Shown piece after piece: positions 13,389 through 24,968 of a stretch of DNA of 64,000 bases (the first letter of the stretch is position 1; each line of letters begins with the position of its first letter). The stretch lies in NCBI GenBank assembly GCA_047967505.1, contig CM106538.1. One strand, written 5' to 3'. Made by a program: the position numbers and the translations under genes. A model generated the notes under the pieces. That model ran no database searches and had not been told where the DNA came from. It saw only the letters and a list, made by a program, of their open reading frames with translations. The DNA comes from Dipteris shenzhenensis. Its lineage: Eukaryota.

Positions 13389-16190
13389 CTCCCCCTCAGG
13401 CTCAATCCCAATTCCTGCACACCAAGGAGGTCTCTGAACTTGCGCAGCTTCTCTGCACCCAATGCCTTCGTGAATATGTCAGCTACCTGATCCTCTGTGC
13501 TGACATAAACTAGATCAATAAGACCTAGTAAAACTTTCTCCTGCACATAGTGATAATGCACCTCAATGTGCTTTGTTCTAGCATGATAGACTGGGTTATT
13601 TGCCAAGTGTATACTGCTAATGTTGTCACAATAAATGACAACTGGCCCATTTGTAGACTGATGCATATCATAAAGTAGCTTATGCAACCAAGCTACCTCA
13701 CATGCAGCCATTGCTGCACCCCTGTACTCAGCCTCTGTGCTCGACAAGGCAACTGTAGGCTGTTTCTTGCTACTCCAAGTGACTGCAGCACTCCAAAAAG
13801 AGAACACATATCCACTGGTAGATTGTCTATCAGAAATACTGCCAGCCCAGTCAGCATCAGTGTATCCATGCAACTATATCTGAACCCCAGCCTCATAAAA
13901 TAGTACATACTACAATGTGGACTTCACATTATACTTGAGTATGCATCTAGCCGCATTCAAATGCAGTTTCCTTGGAGCCTGCATAAACTGACTTACCAAT
14001 CCAACAGCATAGCTCAAATCTGGCCTGGTAATACTCATATAAATCAAACTTCCTACTATGCATCTGTACATAGTAGGGTCTTCCAGAAGCTCACCTGCAT
14101 CTGCGCTTAGCTTCACATTCTGCTCCAAAGGAACTGAAATAGGCTTAGAGCCTGTCATCCCATATTTGGACAGCATGTTCAATCCATACTGCCTCTACAA
14201 GTGTTGTATCCCACTTGGTGATCTAATCACCTCAATGCCCAAGAAATAATGTAGCTCTCCCAAATCCTTCATCTCAAACTTCTACTTCAATAGCATTTTC
14301 ACATGAAGGATATCTTCATCACTATCACCTGTGATGATCAAATCATCAACATAAATGACAAGCAGCATTATATCTTTCTCGGTTTTTCTCACATAAAGTG
14401 AGAAATCTGTCGTGGAAATCTGAAAGCCAATAGTGATAAGATATTGTCCTATCTTATCAGACCATGCTGTGGGTGCTTGCTTCAAGCCATACAAGGATTT
14501 TTTCAACCTGCAAACAAACCCAGGATGAACAACATGCACATAACCTGGTGGCTGCTTCATATAGACCTCTTCTTGCAAGTCACCATGCAAGAAGGCATTC
14601 TTTACATCCATCTAACATCTGATGTAAAGACCATACCTTTGATGCAGCCATAGCAATGACTGCTCTTACGGTTGCCATCCTTGCAACCGAACTGAATGTT
14701 TCTTCATAATCAATGCCATATGTCTGTGCATACCCCTTGACAACTAATCGTGCCTTGTATTTGTTCATAGAACCATCTGCATTGTGCTTCACCTTATAAA
14801 CCAACTTACAGCCAATTGCATTCTTGTCTTTAGGCAAAGGCACCAATTCCCATGTAACATTTGCTTCCAAGGCATCCATTTCTTCATCTATGGCTTTCTC
14901 CCATTTTTCTTTTCCCATGGCTTGCTCAAAAGAAGTGGGTTCTGGTTCCTGTATCACTTTGACCATATAGGCATAGTGAGTGGCTGTAAATCCATCATAT
15001 TTCAGCCTATCCATAGGATACCTAGCTATTGTAGACCTGCGCAAAGTAGACTCACTTCGAGGTGCTCTCAAAACATCCCTGGTCTTCCTTACTCCGGGGG
15101 TAACAACATAAGGAATACCAAATTCATCATCAATGCTCTATTTTGAGCCACTAGATTCACCATCCACATAAGAGTGACCTGCATTCACATCAAACATGGG
15201 CTGATCTACCTTCTCTTTTCCTTTTCGTGATACCTGCATACCACTATCTGCATTGCTTTGAGGAGATTCTCTTGATCTCAATCTACCTGTCCTTGGTGAA
15301 GTATGTGAACCACTGCTAGAGGACACTGTAGGTCCACTAATATTTTGTGATTGTTGCTGTGAATTCTGTGGAGCATTACCATTTTGTGCATCTATATCAT
15401 CAATCACATTTACTGGTACCAGCTGCTCATCTCATCAAAAACAACATCTCTCCTCATTATAAACTTACGAGTACAAGGGTTATACCATCTATATGCTTTC
15501 TGCTACAGAGAATAACCAATAAAGATGCACTTCTCAGCTTTTGGATCCAACTTGGACCTCAACTCATCTGGCACATGAACATAGGCAATGCAACCAAAAA
15601 TTTTCAAATGAGAAATATCTGGTTTCCTACCAGTATACATCTCGTCTAGTGTCATGCCATGTATTGCTACAGTGGGAGTCTTGTTCATTATGTGAACTGC
15701 TGTAGCAACTGCTTCAGCCCAATAATAATCTGGTAGGTCTTTTTCATTTAGCATGGCCCGAGATACCTCTCTAATATGCCTATTTTTCCTTTCTGCAAGT
15801 CCATTTTGTTGTGGGGTATGATTGCATGAATATTGCTGCTTTATGCCATGCTCCTGCAGGAATCTTTCAAACTCATTTGAGAGGTACTCTCCCCCTCCAT
15901 TTGACCTGAGGCATTTTATTTGCAGGCCTGTTTCTTTTTCAACCATAGCTTTAAAATCTTTGAAATGCCCAAATACTTCACTTTTCTTTTTCATAAAATA
16001 CATCGAAACTTTTTTGTTGTAGTCATCAATAAAAGTGACAAAGTAATGACAGCCTCCAATAGATGCAGCTTTAGTAGTCCAGACATCAGAGTGGATTAAT
16101 TCCAATGGCTTCTTACTCTCTTGAACATGTCTAGGAAATGGTTTCCTTGCCTGTTTTCCAAATTGATAGGCTTCACATACCTTATGCATT
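13035..16190 (-). mobile_element. 5'-truncated, degraded Ty1/Copia LTR retrotransposon (GAG-pre-integrase, IN, RT, RNase H, 3' LTR)
   Basis: ORF fragments: CEAYQFGKQ and HSDVW...SNGGGEY...PQQNGLAERKNR (IN, 15503-16189); [25 protein letters not shown] (RT); GYTDADWAG, KQPTVALSSTEAEY, TKHIEVHYH (RH). Several frameshifts and stops. Confidence 0.95.
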
Positions 16191-16199
16191 CATCACCAA

Positions 16200-17837
16200 C
16201 GACTAATGGGAAAGTCCAGCAGAACTCCATGCAATCCAACGCGATGCTCCAGTGCAGTAGCCATCTCTTGCACAATAGCCATCTCCGAACAGCCAACATG
16301 CTTCAGCGACCAGCTTTGGCTCCCAGCGCACAGACGGATGGGTCTCCATTATTGGCAACAAACGGACGACCTAGCACTCAGCAAACGCTTCAACAACTCC
16401 GCCATATACAAGTCCAAGCAGTAGCTCAAGGCCCTCACGGACTCAGCCGCGAACAGCCCGCTCTACGCTTGCAGCAGAAGAAAGACCTCCGAGGTGGAAA
16501 CTGTTCTTGAGAAAACTAAGGGCGAAGACGAGGAAGATGAACTGCTCCAAGCTTCAGAGCTGCCTTCCCACCGCGTCGCCGTCCTCAACACGTCGCCGTC
16601 GTCGCAGAGAAAGCTTCAAACCTTCTCTTCCTTCTCCAAGGTCTTCCCACAAAAAGCCACGTGGCAGGATAAGGCTTGACTATGGTTAAGTTAATCCAAC
16701 CACAGTTAACCTTGGTTAGTTAGGTGTGGTCATTGACTGCTGGTTAACTTAACTTGGGTAAAATTAATCTTGGTCAGCAAGTAGATAGGGTTAGTTAAGC
16801 CACATAACCATGCACAGTCAGCAGTGCCTTCTAAGCATAGCCTCTTGTTAAGCACAGTTTGGAATTCAGCATGTGAATCCCTGTGCCACATCATCAAAGG
16901 CCCTTCTTCTTCACAAAATCTTCAACAAGCCATAACTTGCAATCCAGGAAGAATTTGCACATGCTCCAAAAAGGAAAAGTGATCGTCTTTTTGAGCTCTA
17001 CGCGCCTGTCAAGTCAGAATCATTGTATGCAATTAGACACTGCCAATATTGAAAGAAATCAATTGGTAAGACCTTTGCAACAAATGGAAAAGCAAAGCAT
17101 GAATGCAAACATCGATGTAAAAAGCAAGCCAAAAGCACAAGTGCATGAGATGACCATAGCAGAAAGCATGGCATCCACACATAAAGCATCAAGGCACATG
17201 GAAGAACAAAGCATCATGCAGGTAGCTACACCAAACAAAGAAGCAAACGAGTCATCATCAAGCCATGAGCCAAAAGGTGACATCAATTGAATGTATTGAG
17301 AAAAGCAAAAACCTTGCCAACCTTGCCTATTATGTTTTGTAATCAAACCTGACCACCTGAGAGTAGCTATGAAAGCACCCAGGGGAGGTATTGACATGTA
17401 GAAGCCACACTTGACCACCTTAAGTAGTATGCATGCACTAAGGGGAGGTGATGGAATGTAACTCACATCTGACCACCTTGCAGTAGCCAAAGGATTATGG
17501 CACCAAGGGGAGGTGTTGAGAGTTGTGGTGCCATGAGCACATGTAGAGCAAAGGTATGAGCAAAGGGTAAGCTGCCACATGGCATAGAGGAGATATCCCA
17601 CATGTGAGCAAGCAAATGGATGTAAGTACCCTCACCTATAAAAGGGAGGTTCATTTGAAGTAATATCAATCAGGCACTTTGCACTATCTCAAGATTCTCT
17701 TTATGAGTCCAAGCTAATCTATCTTGGAACCTAATTGACTTGAGATACATGTCATGAGCACTCTCTTCATCATGTTTCCACACAGGTTCCATCCACCTTA
17801 GAGTGCTCCATAGATCCTGAGGCACACATGTTTTGTC
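16200..17837. other. Unclassified TE-like segment that replaces the 5' part of the Copia element
   Basis: Copia homology ends abruptly near 16190. The segment is GC-rich then LTR-like, with TATAAAAGGGAGG at ~17637. No recognisable domain. Confidence 0.3.
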
Positions 17838-19497
17838 AAACAAGAGTGCACAAGTGTGCATGGGCACTACATCCTAATTTATGGGCTAAATCATAGAGAA
17901 AAGCATTCATCATATAAAACATCCAATTCCAAAATTGAGGCAATCTTGATTTGTTAATTTAAAAAATTACATTTGAAATTCACAAATGATAAGAATCCAA
18001 TTCTCCACTATAGCACCCTCTCTAAGGGGGCAGTGCTAAACAAAGGGTATCTCGCTACTTTCTCCGCTAGCGGTAGATTCCACTGGAGCACCCTTAGGGT
18101 CTTAACCCAAATAATTGGCTTTTCACATTGGGGAGGAAGTCAATGGCTAAAATTCAAAGAAATGCATTAACAGATAAGCTGAAGGGATTGCCAAAAAAGC
18201 TGGAGGAAATAGGCAACTATATAGGGAAATGTTGACAAAAGGGGGAGAGACGTGCATGTGAGGACAAAGTTGTCATATTATCTTTATATTATAATAAAAT
18301 GGAAAAAGTTGTCAATGACTAAAAGTCAATGGACAGCGAAGTCAATGACTAAAAGTCAATGAAATGATTTGACTGATAAGCCTCGATGAAATAGGCAATA
18401 TAAAGGAACATCCAGGAAAGGGGGAGGGACATGCACATCAATGACACAGTTGTCTTTTTATCTAAATATTATGATGAAATGGACAAAGCAGAAGACTTCA
18501 AGATCATCGAGGGTGAAAATGGTATTCCCTAGAGCATCATCCAACCTCATTATACGTCATAACATTTAATAAATATTGAAGTGTGTGTTTGTGTTGCAAC
18601 GAGGGTGAATTAGATGGTATTCCCTAGAGCATCAATATCCAACTTCATTATACGACATAACATTTAATAAATATTGGCAGAGAGAGGGTAGACCTAAAGT
18701 ATTGCCTATATTCAAGTCCATGGTATGTCTTCTGAATCTCATTATATGGAAAGGAATAGCCTAGAAGCAATGACAACCTATCTAGAAATTTGAAGTAGAG
18801 CAATAGAGTTACGGTACGATAGACAAGGGTGAAAAATCGAAGCCTTCAACATAAGAAAGTAGTAGTAGAACATGAATTCTGTAGAGAACTTGAAGGAGGT
18901 GAGAACTACAGAATGAAGGTTAATTTAACATAGGGAAAGTGCCCAAGGAGGCATGTATGTTGTCGGGAGCCTCTCATGCCCACCAACACCTTTTTTTTTT
19001 TTTTAAAGGGAGAAGGGATGGAGATGTATGGTGATAGGGGGGCATCCTCTTCGGTGGTGAAAGAAACCAGAGTGTCATTTCTGTTGGTTTAACAAGTCAA
19101 CAATCTCTGTCCGAGTGTGGATCTAGACCATGATGATGAAGGAGAAGAGAGATGTGAAGGAGAGAAGGAGTTCTCGTATTCCTGAGCGGATCATCCAACC
19201 TCATTATACGACAAAATTTAATAAATCTTGGCACATAGAGAGTAGAGGTCCTAAAGTCTAGCGCATATTCGCATCCATATTCATATGGCTTCTCAATCTC
19301 ACTATATGACAAAGCATAAAGTGAATATTGGCAGAGATCATGATTCACAAATGAATACATTTTTAACAAAGACATCTTTAAAAATAAAAATAAAAATTAA
19401 ACAAGGATTTCCTAGTAGGAGATATGCTCGTGAAGATAGGTCTCATGCTTTAGGGTAGGCTCCTACTACTTATGCAAGGTAGGCCACGGGCGCTTGC
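17838..19497 (+). mobile_element. ~1.6-kb non-coding dispersed element, copy 1 (possibly Helitron/Helentron-type non-autonomous)
   Basis: Highly similar to 33005-34588 in direct orientation. Starts AAACAAGAG plus hairpin TGCACAAGTGTGCA and ends GGCCACGGGCGCTTGC. Has internal sub-repeats, no TG..CA ends and no obvious TSD. Confidence 0.75.
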
Positions 19498-19499
19498 GC

Positions 19500-21176
19500 T
19501 ATGTACCGTGTGAACTCAGCATCTAAACCTTGTGATGTTGACCATCTTTCCCAATAGCTTAGTTCCTTTATGTATTCAAACATGGGTACCAACATTGGGG
19601 ACACTGTTGCAAGCATGGGCTGCCCAGAATTGTCCCTCTTCCGAATTTGAATGGCACCTTCTCTCGGTAGCCACTCAATCGACTTTGGATGCATCTTGTA
19701 CAGCATGTTTGGCATGCTTCCTTTCATATAAAACCTAAATTGTAGTGGCTTTGAATGTCCCACAAATGCATCCTAGTTATCACAGAAGAAGCCATCGATG
19801 TAACTCTCGAAATCAAGGGCATGGGTTAATAAGAATGGTACGGGCATTGAAGATTGATACATTTGAAAATGATGCATCAGGTGTGGGAAAGTGAAATTTG
19901 TGCTTGTCCTAATATTCTCAGAGAATTTGATAAGCATGGCATTAATGTGCTCATATGTATGACCCACCATAAGAAATCCTAGTTGTATCATCTTGAAGGT
20001 CCCTCGTGCCACCAAAAGCAATAAAAATGCAAACAAGAAGCAATTTTTATTCTCTGATCTACAATTGTCAAGCTCTAGTTGTAAGTTCTCAGGGAATCAT
20101 TTGAAATCCATTTGACCATCCGATGCTACCATCTAATCCATAAACATGTTTTGATTTATATTACCTTGGTTATGATCTAGTGCCTCTTAGCATACCATCC
20201 TTTATCAAATCACCCTTTTCATGTCTCTCCAACCTCTCTAAGTTTGGTAAACACATGGACAATGATGCAATAGTGAAGTTTGAGTCATGAGGCCATAGTC
20301 CCAAAGCGAAGTGACCATATTACCCTTCCCCATGTCCATGTGTGATAACTCCTATTACTGAAAGTGACAAATGAGGGCATTTGTCCATCTCTTTTGATTG
20401 CACCCTCAATCTTGGTATTGATGTCTTTTGTTGATCCATCTTGTCATGTATGATGCACAAGTTCTTTTTGGAATTCACAATTGTGATGCCAAGCGTTTGG
20501 GGGTTCAGCTCATAAACTTTTACTGTACCATGTTCATTCAAAAGGAGGGGTATTTTAATTTGTCTTTTTGGAAAATTTAATAGGTTTACAATAATAGGGG
20601 GGTTTTTTAATTCAAATTAGAAAAAAATCACTTAGTTCATAAGTAAAGAGGGGTGTTTTTATTGGGGGAAAAATTCTAGTTGAGGGGTTTTTCAAATACC
20701 CCTTGAACACACATGATACATAGGGTTTCTAAGTAGTGCACCCCCCAAGGTGAAGTGCCATGCATAATAGACATTTCTATAGCTTTGTTGTTGTAGCATG
20801 TGACATCAACATCACCTCAAGAGTTTATCACATTCTTGTATAAATTTTGTTGCCCCCAGCTATTTTTTAATCTCCGAACAAGTGCTTCACTTGTAGAACT
20901 CATTTGTTGCTGAAAGACTTACATGCTTGAACTCTGTGGTCCATATTTGATGAATGTGGTCAAAGAAATATCCTTATACCCCACTTGCCCCAAGCTTTCC
21001 TTAAAAATCCTTTGTTTCCATGGATGGCTCAACATGATTTGATGAGTCAAAAATATCATACACATAGTTAGTGCATGCTTCCAAGTTCAATCTCCAAAAG
21101 TAGTTGCAAATATCATTTATTTCTTCTCAACTAGTGAGTTGGCACCATTTGTTAGCACATCATCCTGTTGTATCCA
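19500..21176 (-). pseudogene. Sola1-like (DUF7869-type) DDD transposase remnant, interrupted by a MITE and an LTR element
   Basis: Minus-strand peptides: LCIIHDKMDQQKTSIP...VITHGHG, WPHDSNFT, LELDNCRSENKN, FLMVGHTYEHINAM, and PLQFRFYM; upstream H.LQQQSYRNVYY. Many stops and frameshifts. Confidence 0.7.
20495..20750 (+). mobile_element. MITE, ~255 bp, same family as 31990-32245
   Basis: Colinear similarity to 31990-32245 (CATTCAAAAGGAGGGGTATTTTAAT...CACATGATACA.AGGGTTTCT). Ends are TTGGGGGTTCA...TGCACCCCCCAA. Inserted in the transposase remnant. Confidence 0.8.
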
Positions 21177-21655
21177 TGTTAAGGGCAAAAGCAGCAACAG
21201 CAAAGAGGAACTAGGGGGGGAGTCCTTAGATCATTATCATTAATACGTTGTATCTAGTTTATAGTGAGATATGAAAAGACGGAAGTTCTAGGACCAGGCG
21301 GAGAACTGAATAGGCACGGCAACCGTCACGGCAACCGTGAAGGAGTTATGTGTGCCGGTTAGATAAAAGAGAAGAGAGCGATCATTCAGGGGGCTCATTG
21401 ATGAGGATCGGAGCAAGGATCAGTGTGATCAGAAGAGGAACATTGTTATGTATCAGAGAGTACGGTGTTGTACTGCTCGGAGAAGTGTAATACAGATATT
21501 CTATTGCATCTATCTTATTGTTTTATCATGAATGATTCTGTCGATCACTGTTCTACTCTATGAATTTTCATACGCAGTTCTGAAGTTCGATTACGCATGT
21601 AAATCTGTCGCAGTAGTGCGTTTCGAGTTAGTCTTCAGAGTAGAGAGGGCTAACA
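21177..21655 (+). repeat. 5' LTR (479 bp)
   Basis: TGTTAAGGGC...GGCTAACA; matches 24902-25380. Confidence 0.97.
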
Positions 21656-21658
21656 CTT

Positions 21659-21674
21659 TGGCGACCACGGAAGA
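21659..21674 (+). promoter_or_regulatory. Primer-binding site, probably tRNA-Arg
   Basis: TGGCGACCAC lies 3 bp after the 5' LTR and is complementary to a ...GUGGUCGCCA tRNA 3' end, as in plant tRNA-Arg(UCG). The tRNA assignment is from recall. Confidence 0.75.
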
Positions 21675-21761
21675 TTTCCATGTTCGTCGCGGTGGATACC
21701 CCGGAGAGGTTGGATGCTCCCCATCTGTAATACTCTGATTCCTCGGTGCGTGGACTAGCGC

Positions 21762-24700
21762 ATGAATGACGCTGGGAGTGAGCCAGGGGGAACATCGCGC
21801 TCTCCGGCACGGCCTCGGGAGCCTGCAACTCCAGTATCGGCACGTACAACCCGCGAGGAACGGTATGACAGATATGTGGCTCAACGTGATCTTCTCTTCG
21901 GCTTCTTCACGGATAGTGAGAGTAGTAGCCGCTCTGACACACCTCCGCTGATCCCAGGAGAGGAAGGTCCAGTCGTTTCCGGTGTTCAGGAGGAAGGCGA
22001 ATCCTCCGGACGCAGTAGCCCGTTCGATTTAACAAGTACTCCTCCGGAAGACGAAGTGTCACCGTTGCGGAATTCCCCACCACCGAGTCCCAGGAGACGG
22101 AGGGGTGGTGTACCTGCAGGAAGCGGAGCCCCAGGTCCGTCACCAGATCCCGGTAGGGGAGGTGGAGGCGGTGGAGGCGGAGGCGGGGGTGGAGTTCCGG
22201 CGGTAAGTAGCGCGGCTATTCCACCACTGGTACCCAGGATGACGGTGAAGTACCCCAAGTTTTCGGGACGGGATAAGGAGGATGCGGATGCACATATACT
22301 GTCATTTGAGATGGCATGGATGGTGAATACGGCTCCACCAGTGCAGGCGACAGATCTTATGAAGATGGCGACTTTCATCCCGACACTGCAGAAGCAGGCG
22401 GCAGTATGGATCGCGCAATATGGAGCTACCCATTTCGCCACGTTTGATCTACTGCGGGATGCTTTTTTGCTCCGGTTTCGGGAGGACAAGACCCGTGTTC
22501 ATGTCCTGGCCAAACTGGGGAAACTGGAACAGAAGAACCAAGAAGTGGAGGCGTATGCGGCCAGGTTTCGGTCGTTGATCCGCCGCCTCGATGCAGCAAC
22601 TACCCCGGCAGTCCCCATCCAAAATGCTTACTTCATGGAGGGGCTGAATAAAGGATTGAAAAGGTCCCTGGCATCGTTGGATCTGGAAGCTCTTTCATTG
22701 GAAGAAGTCGTCCAAGCAGCGGTGAGGGCGGAACAAGTTCTGTTTACTTCCAAGGGAAGGAAAGGAAAAGTGAAGTATGAGGAGGCTGAGGGAGACTCCG
22801 ATACCGATAATGAGGAGGAGTCGGATCAGTCGGATGAGGAGGAGGACAAACGTTCCATGAGGCGGAAGGCTGGAAAAACGGCAGGGAAGTCATTTCCGGA
22901 AGGATCTGCTGCCGGAGCCAAAAGCCGGGATAGTGGAATAGGGTCCTCTTCAAAAGTTCGCAAGGATACTTGGTGTAATCGGTGCCGGAATGCAGGACAC
23001 TTAGCAGAGGAATGCGGTTTGAATGAGCGGTGGTGTACGATTTGCCAAACAGCGACGCATACCACGGAGATCTGCCGCTATAACGCACGAATAGCCTCGA
23101 CACCAGCGGTGGCGGCGGTAGTTGCGGCACCAGCCGTAGCACCAGCCGCGGTACCAGCCGCACCGGCGAGAAGACCTTGGCGGCCGAGAACGGCTGGAAC
23201 AGGTGCAGATGAACCAGCAGGGGAACGGACGTTCCTATGTTTTTATTGCAATCAACCCGGACATCGAAAGGTAGATTGCGAATTATTCAAGCGCCACAAG
23301 GCGGAAAAGGAAGCAATCCGGGGATCCGGAGAAGGCAAGTCCACACCAGCAGTGAATGCGGTTCTGATTATCGAATGCGATGATGCCAGTCAGCAACAGG
23401 ATAGCAAGGAGCCTAGTCCGAAGTCCGAAGAAGTACCGGAAGTACCGGCGGGTGTCCCTGTTGAAGGCAAAGTGGGAGGAAGTGCGAGCGGAGATGTGCT
23501 CGTGGTCACACGATCCCAGGAAAAGGTGCGGGAATACAAGGCCCCGCAAGAGAAGGGGAGACCTACGGCGTTGGACTGGCAGGCACAACAAAAGGTGCGG
23601 TCGACGGTCGGTGAATGGGTCCAGAAAACCCCAACGGTGTTACCTAGGCCGAGCACGGAAAAGGCAGTCTCGGTGACGGAGAATGGTGCGAAGGTGGCAA
23701 GGCGCCTGCAAGGAGAGCAGCCAGAAGCGACTTGTCTACCTACCAGTCAGAAGGACAGCCTGATGACCGGCGAGGAGGGTGTTGAACCATATGATTTATG
23801 GCAAGATTTGCAGAAACAGCAAATACACATGACAATGGAGCAATTGTTAGCATTGGTACCCAATTTCCGGAGTTCTCTCATCAAACAATTGACGGAACCA
23901 GTCAGGGCGATGGAGTCGGAGATGGAAGCGGTAACAATGGAAGTGTCGTCAGACGGATCTGCAAAGCCTGAAGCGGAAGTACAGCCTCCTGTTTTTGACG
24001 AAGCGGTCCCGGTAATTTCCGTAACACTGGAGAACAGCCGTGTGGGAGGGGTGTTGCTGGACGGCGGGTCTGGGGTCAATATCCTGTCCGAACAAATGCT
24101 GGTGCCATTGGGTATCACAAAATGGGAATCAGCACCCTTCGCCGTTCGGATGGCAGACCAACGGAGAGTGCAGCCGTTAGGATTGCTCCGTGGATTGAAA
24201 ATGGAGGTTTGCGGCGTGAAGTTCGAAATCGCTGCGGTGATTCTCCGGATGGAGGATATTAGCGGGTCATACCCGTTATTGCTCGGAAGACCGTGGTTGC
24301 GGCAGGCCCGTGTGAAACAAGACTGGCAATCAGACCGCATCACCATTCGGAAAGGAAAAAAGAAGCTGAAGCTCTCGGTACATACCAAACAAGGGCTGAG
24401 GACACCATTCCGACCGACGATGGCGGAAGGTATCCATATGATGGACGGAATGGGGGTCGAAGAGGAGGATGACTACTTCAGTAGGAATACGGAGCTAGTA
24501 AGCTTGTTCGAGGTCGATGTGGTTGCCGTTTTAAAGCAATATCAGCATCAGATTCCCTCGGCTACGCAGGAGTCATCCAGTTCCACGAAAGAACCAGTCG
24601 AAGGGAGTCTACCGGAAGGCACAGGAGACATGCCGGACGAAGCGGGAGTGGCGGAGGCGGAAAGAGTTTTCGAGCAGGAACTCCGTCGCTCGCGGAGGGT

Positions 24701-24968
24701 CAAAGAAGACGAGCTGCTGGATCTTAACCTCGGGACGGAGCGGCTCCGGCAGTACAAGTACCGGCGCCGGCGGCTCCAGCAGTTCCAGCGGCAGCAGCGG
24801 CGGCGGCGGACGATGACGGTGGCGACGTCGAGGATGAACCGTAGCGGAGAACCGGTGGGTTCGGATGCGGATCCGGAATCCGATTCACCGGGAGTGCCAA
24901 GTGTTAAGGGCAAAAGCAGCAACAGCAAAGAGGAACTAGGGGGGGAGTCCTTAGATCATTATCATTAA
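21762..24968 (+). CDS. gag: Gag-aspartic protease polyprotein (1068 aa) with three CCHC knuckles; pol deleted
   Basis: Gag core YPKFSG..DAD.HI..F and Q...E.VEAY..RF. Knuckles CNRCRNAGHLAEEC, CTICQTATHTTEIC and CFYCNQPGHRKVDC. Protease LLDGGSGVNI...LLLGRPWL. Pre-RT EDELLDLNLGT is followed by an unrelated Arg-rich tail, and the stop codon lies inside the 3' LTR. Confidence 0.9.
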   Translation: MNDAGSEPGGTSRSPARPREPATPVSARTTREERYDRYVAQRDLLFGFFTDSESSSRSDTPPLIPGEEGPVVSGVQEEGESSGRSSPFDLTSTPPEDEVSPLRNSPPPSPRRRRGGVPAGSGAPGPSPDPGRGGGGGGGGGGGGVPAVSSAAIPPLVPRMTVKYPKFSGRDKEDADAHILSFEMAWMVNTAPPVQATDLMKMATFIPTLQKQAAVWIAQYGATHFATFDLLRDAFLLRFREDKTRVHVLAKLGKLEQKNQEVEAYAARFRSLIRRLDAATTPAVPIQNAYFMEGLNKGLKRSLASLDLEALSLEEVVQAAVRAEQVLFTSKGRKGKVKYEEAEGDSDTDNEEESDQSDEEEDKRSMRRKAGKTAGKSFPEGSAAGAKSRDSGIGSSSKVRKDTWCNRCRNAGHLAEECGLNERWCTICQTATHTTEICRYNARIASTPAVAAVVAAPAVAPAAVPAAPARRPWRPRTAGTGADEPAGERTFLCFYCNQPGHRKVDCELFKRHKAEKEAIRGSGEGKSTPAVNAVLIIECDDASQQQDSKEPSPKSEEVPEVPAGVPVEGKVGGSASGDVLVVTRSQEKVREYKAPQEKGRPTALDWQAQQKVRSTVGEWVQKTPTVLPRPSTEKAVSVTENGAKVARRLQGEQPEATCLPTSQKDSLMTGEEGVEPYDLWQDLQKQQIHMTMEQLLALVPNFRSSLIKQLTEPVRAMESEMEAVTMEVSSDGSAKPEAEVQPPVFDEAVPVISVTLENSRVGGVLLDGGSGVNILSEQMLVPLGITKWESAPFAVRMADQRRVQPLGLLRGLKMEVCGVKFEIAAVILRMEDISGSYPLLLGRPWLRQARVKQDWQSDRITIRKGKKKLKLSVHTKQGLRTPFRPTMAEGIHMMDGMGVEEEDDYFSRNTELVSLFEVDVVAVLKQYQHQIPSATQESSSSTKEPVEGSLPEGTGDMPDEAGVAEAERVFEQELRRSRRVKEDELLDLNLGTERLRQYKYRRRRLQQFQRQQRRRRTMTVATSRMNRSGEPVGSDADPESDSPGVPSVKGKSSNSKEELGGESLDHYH

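Noticed and set aside
21907-24928. Antisense and alternate-frame ORFs inside the Gag-protease gene
   Set aside because: Expected shadow ORFs in GC-rich coding DNA, with no motifs.
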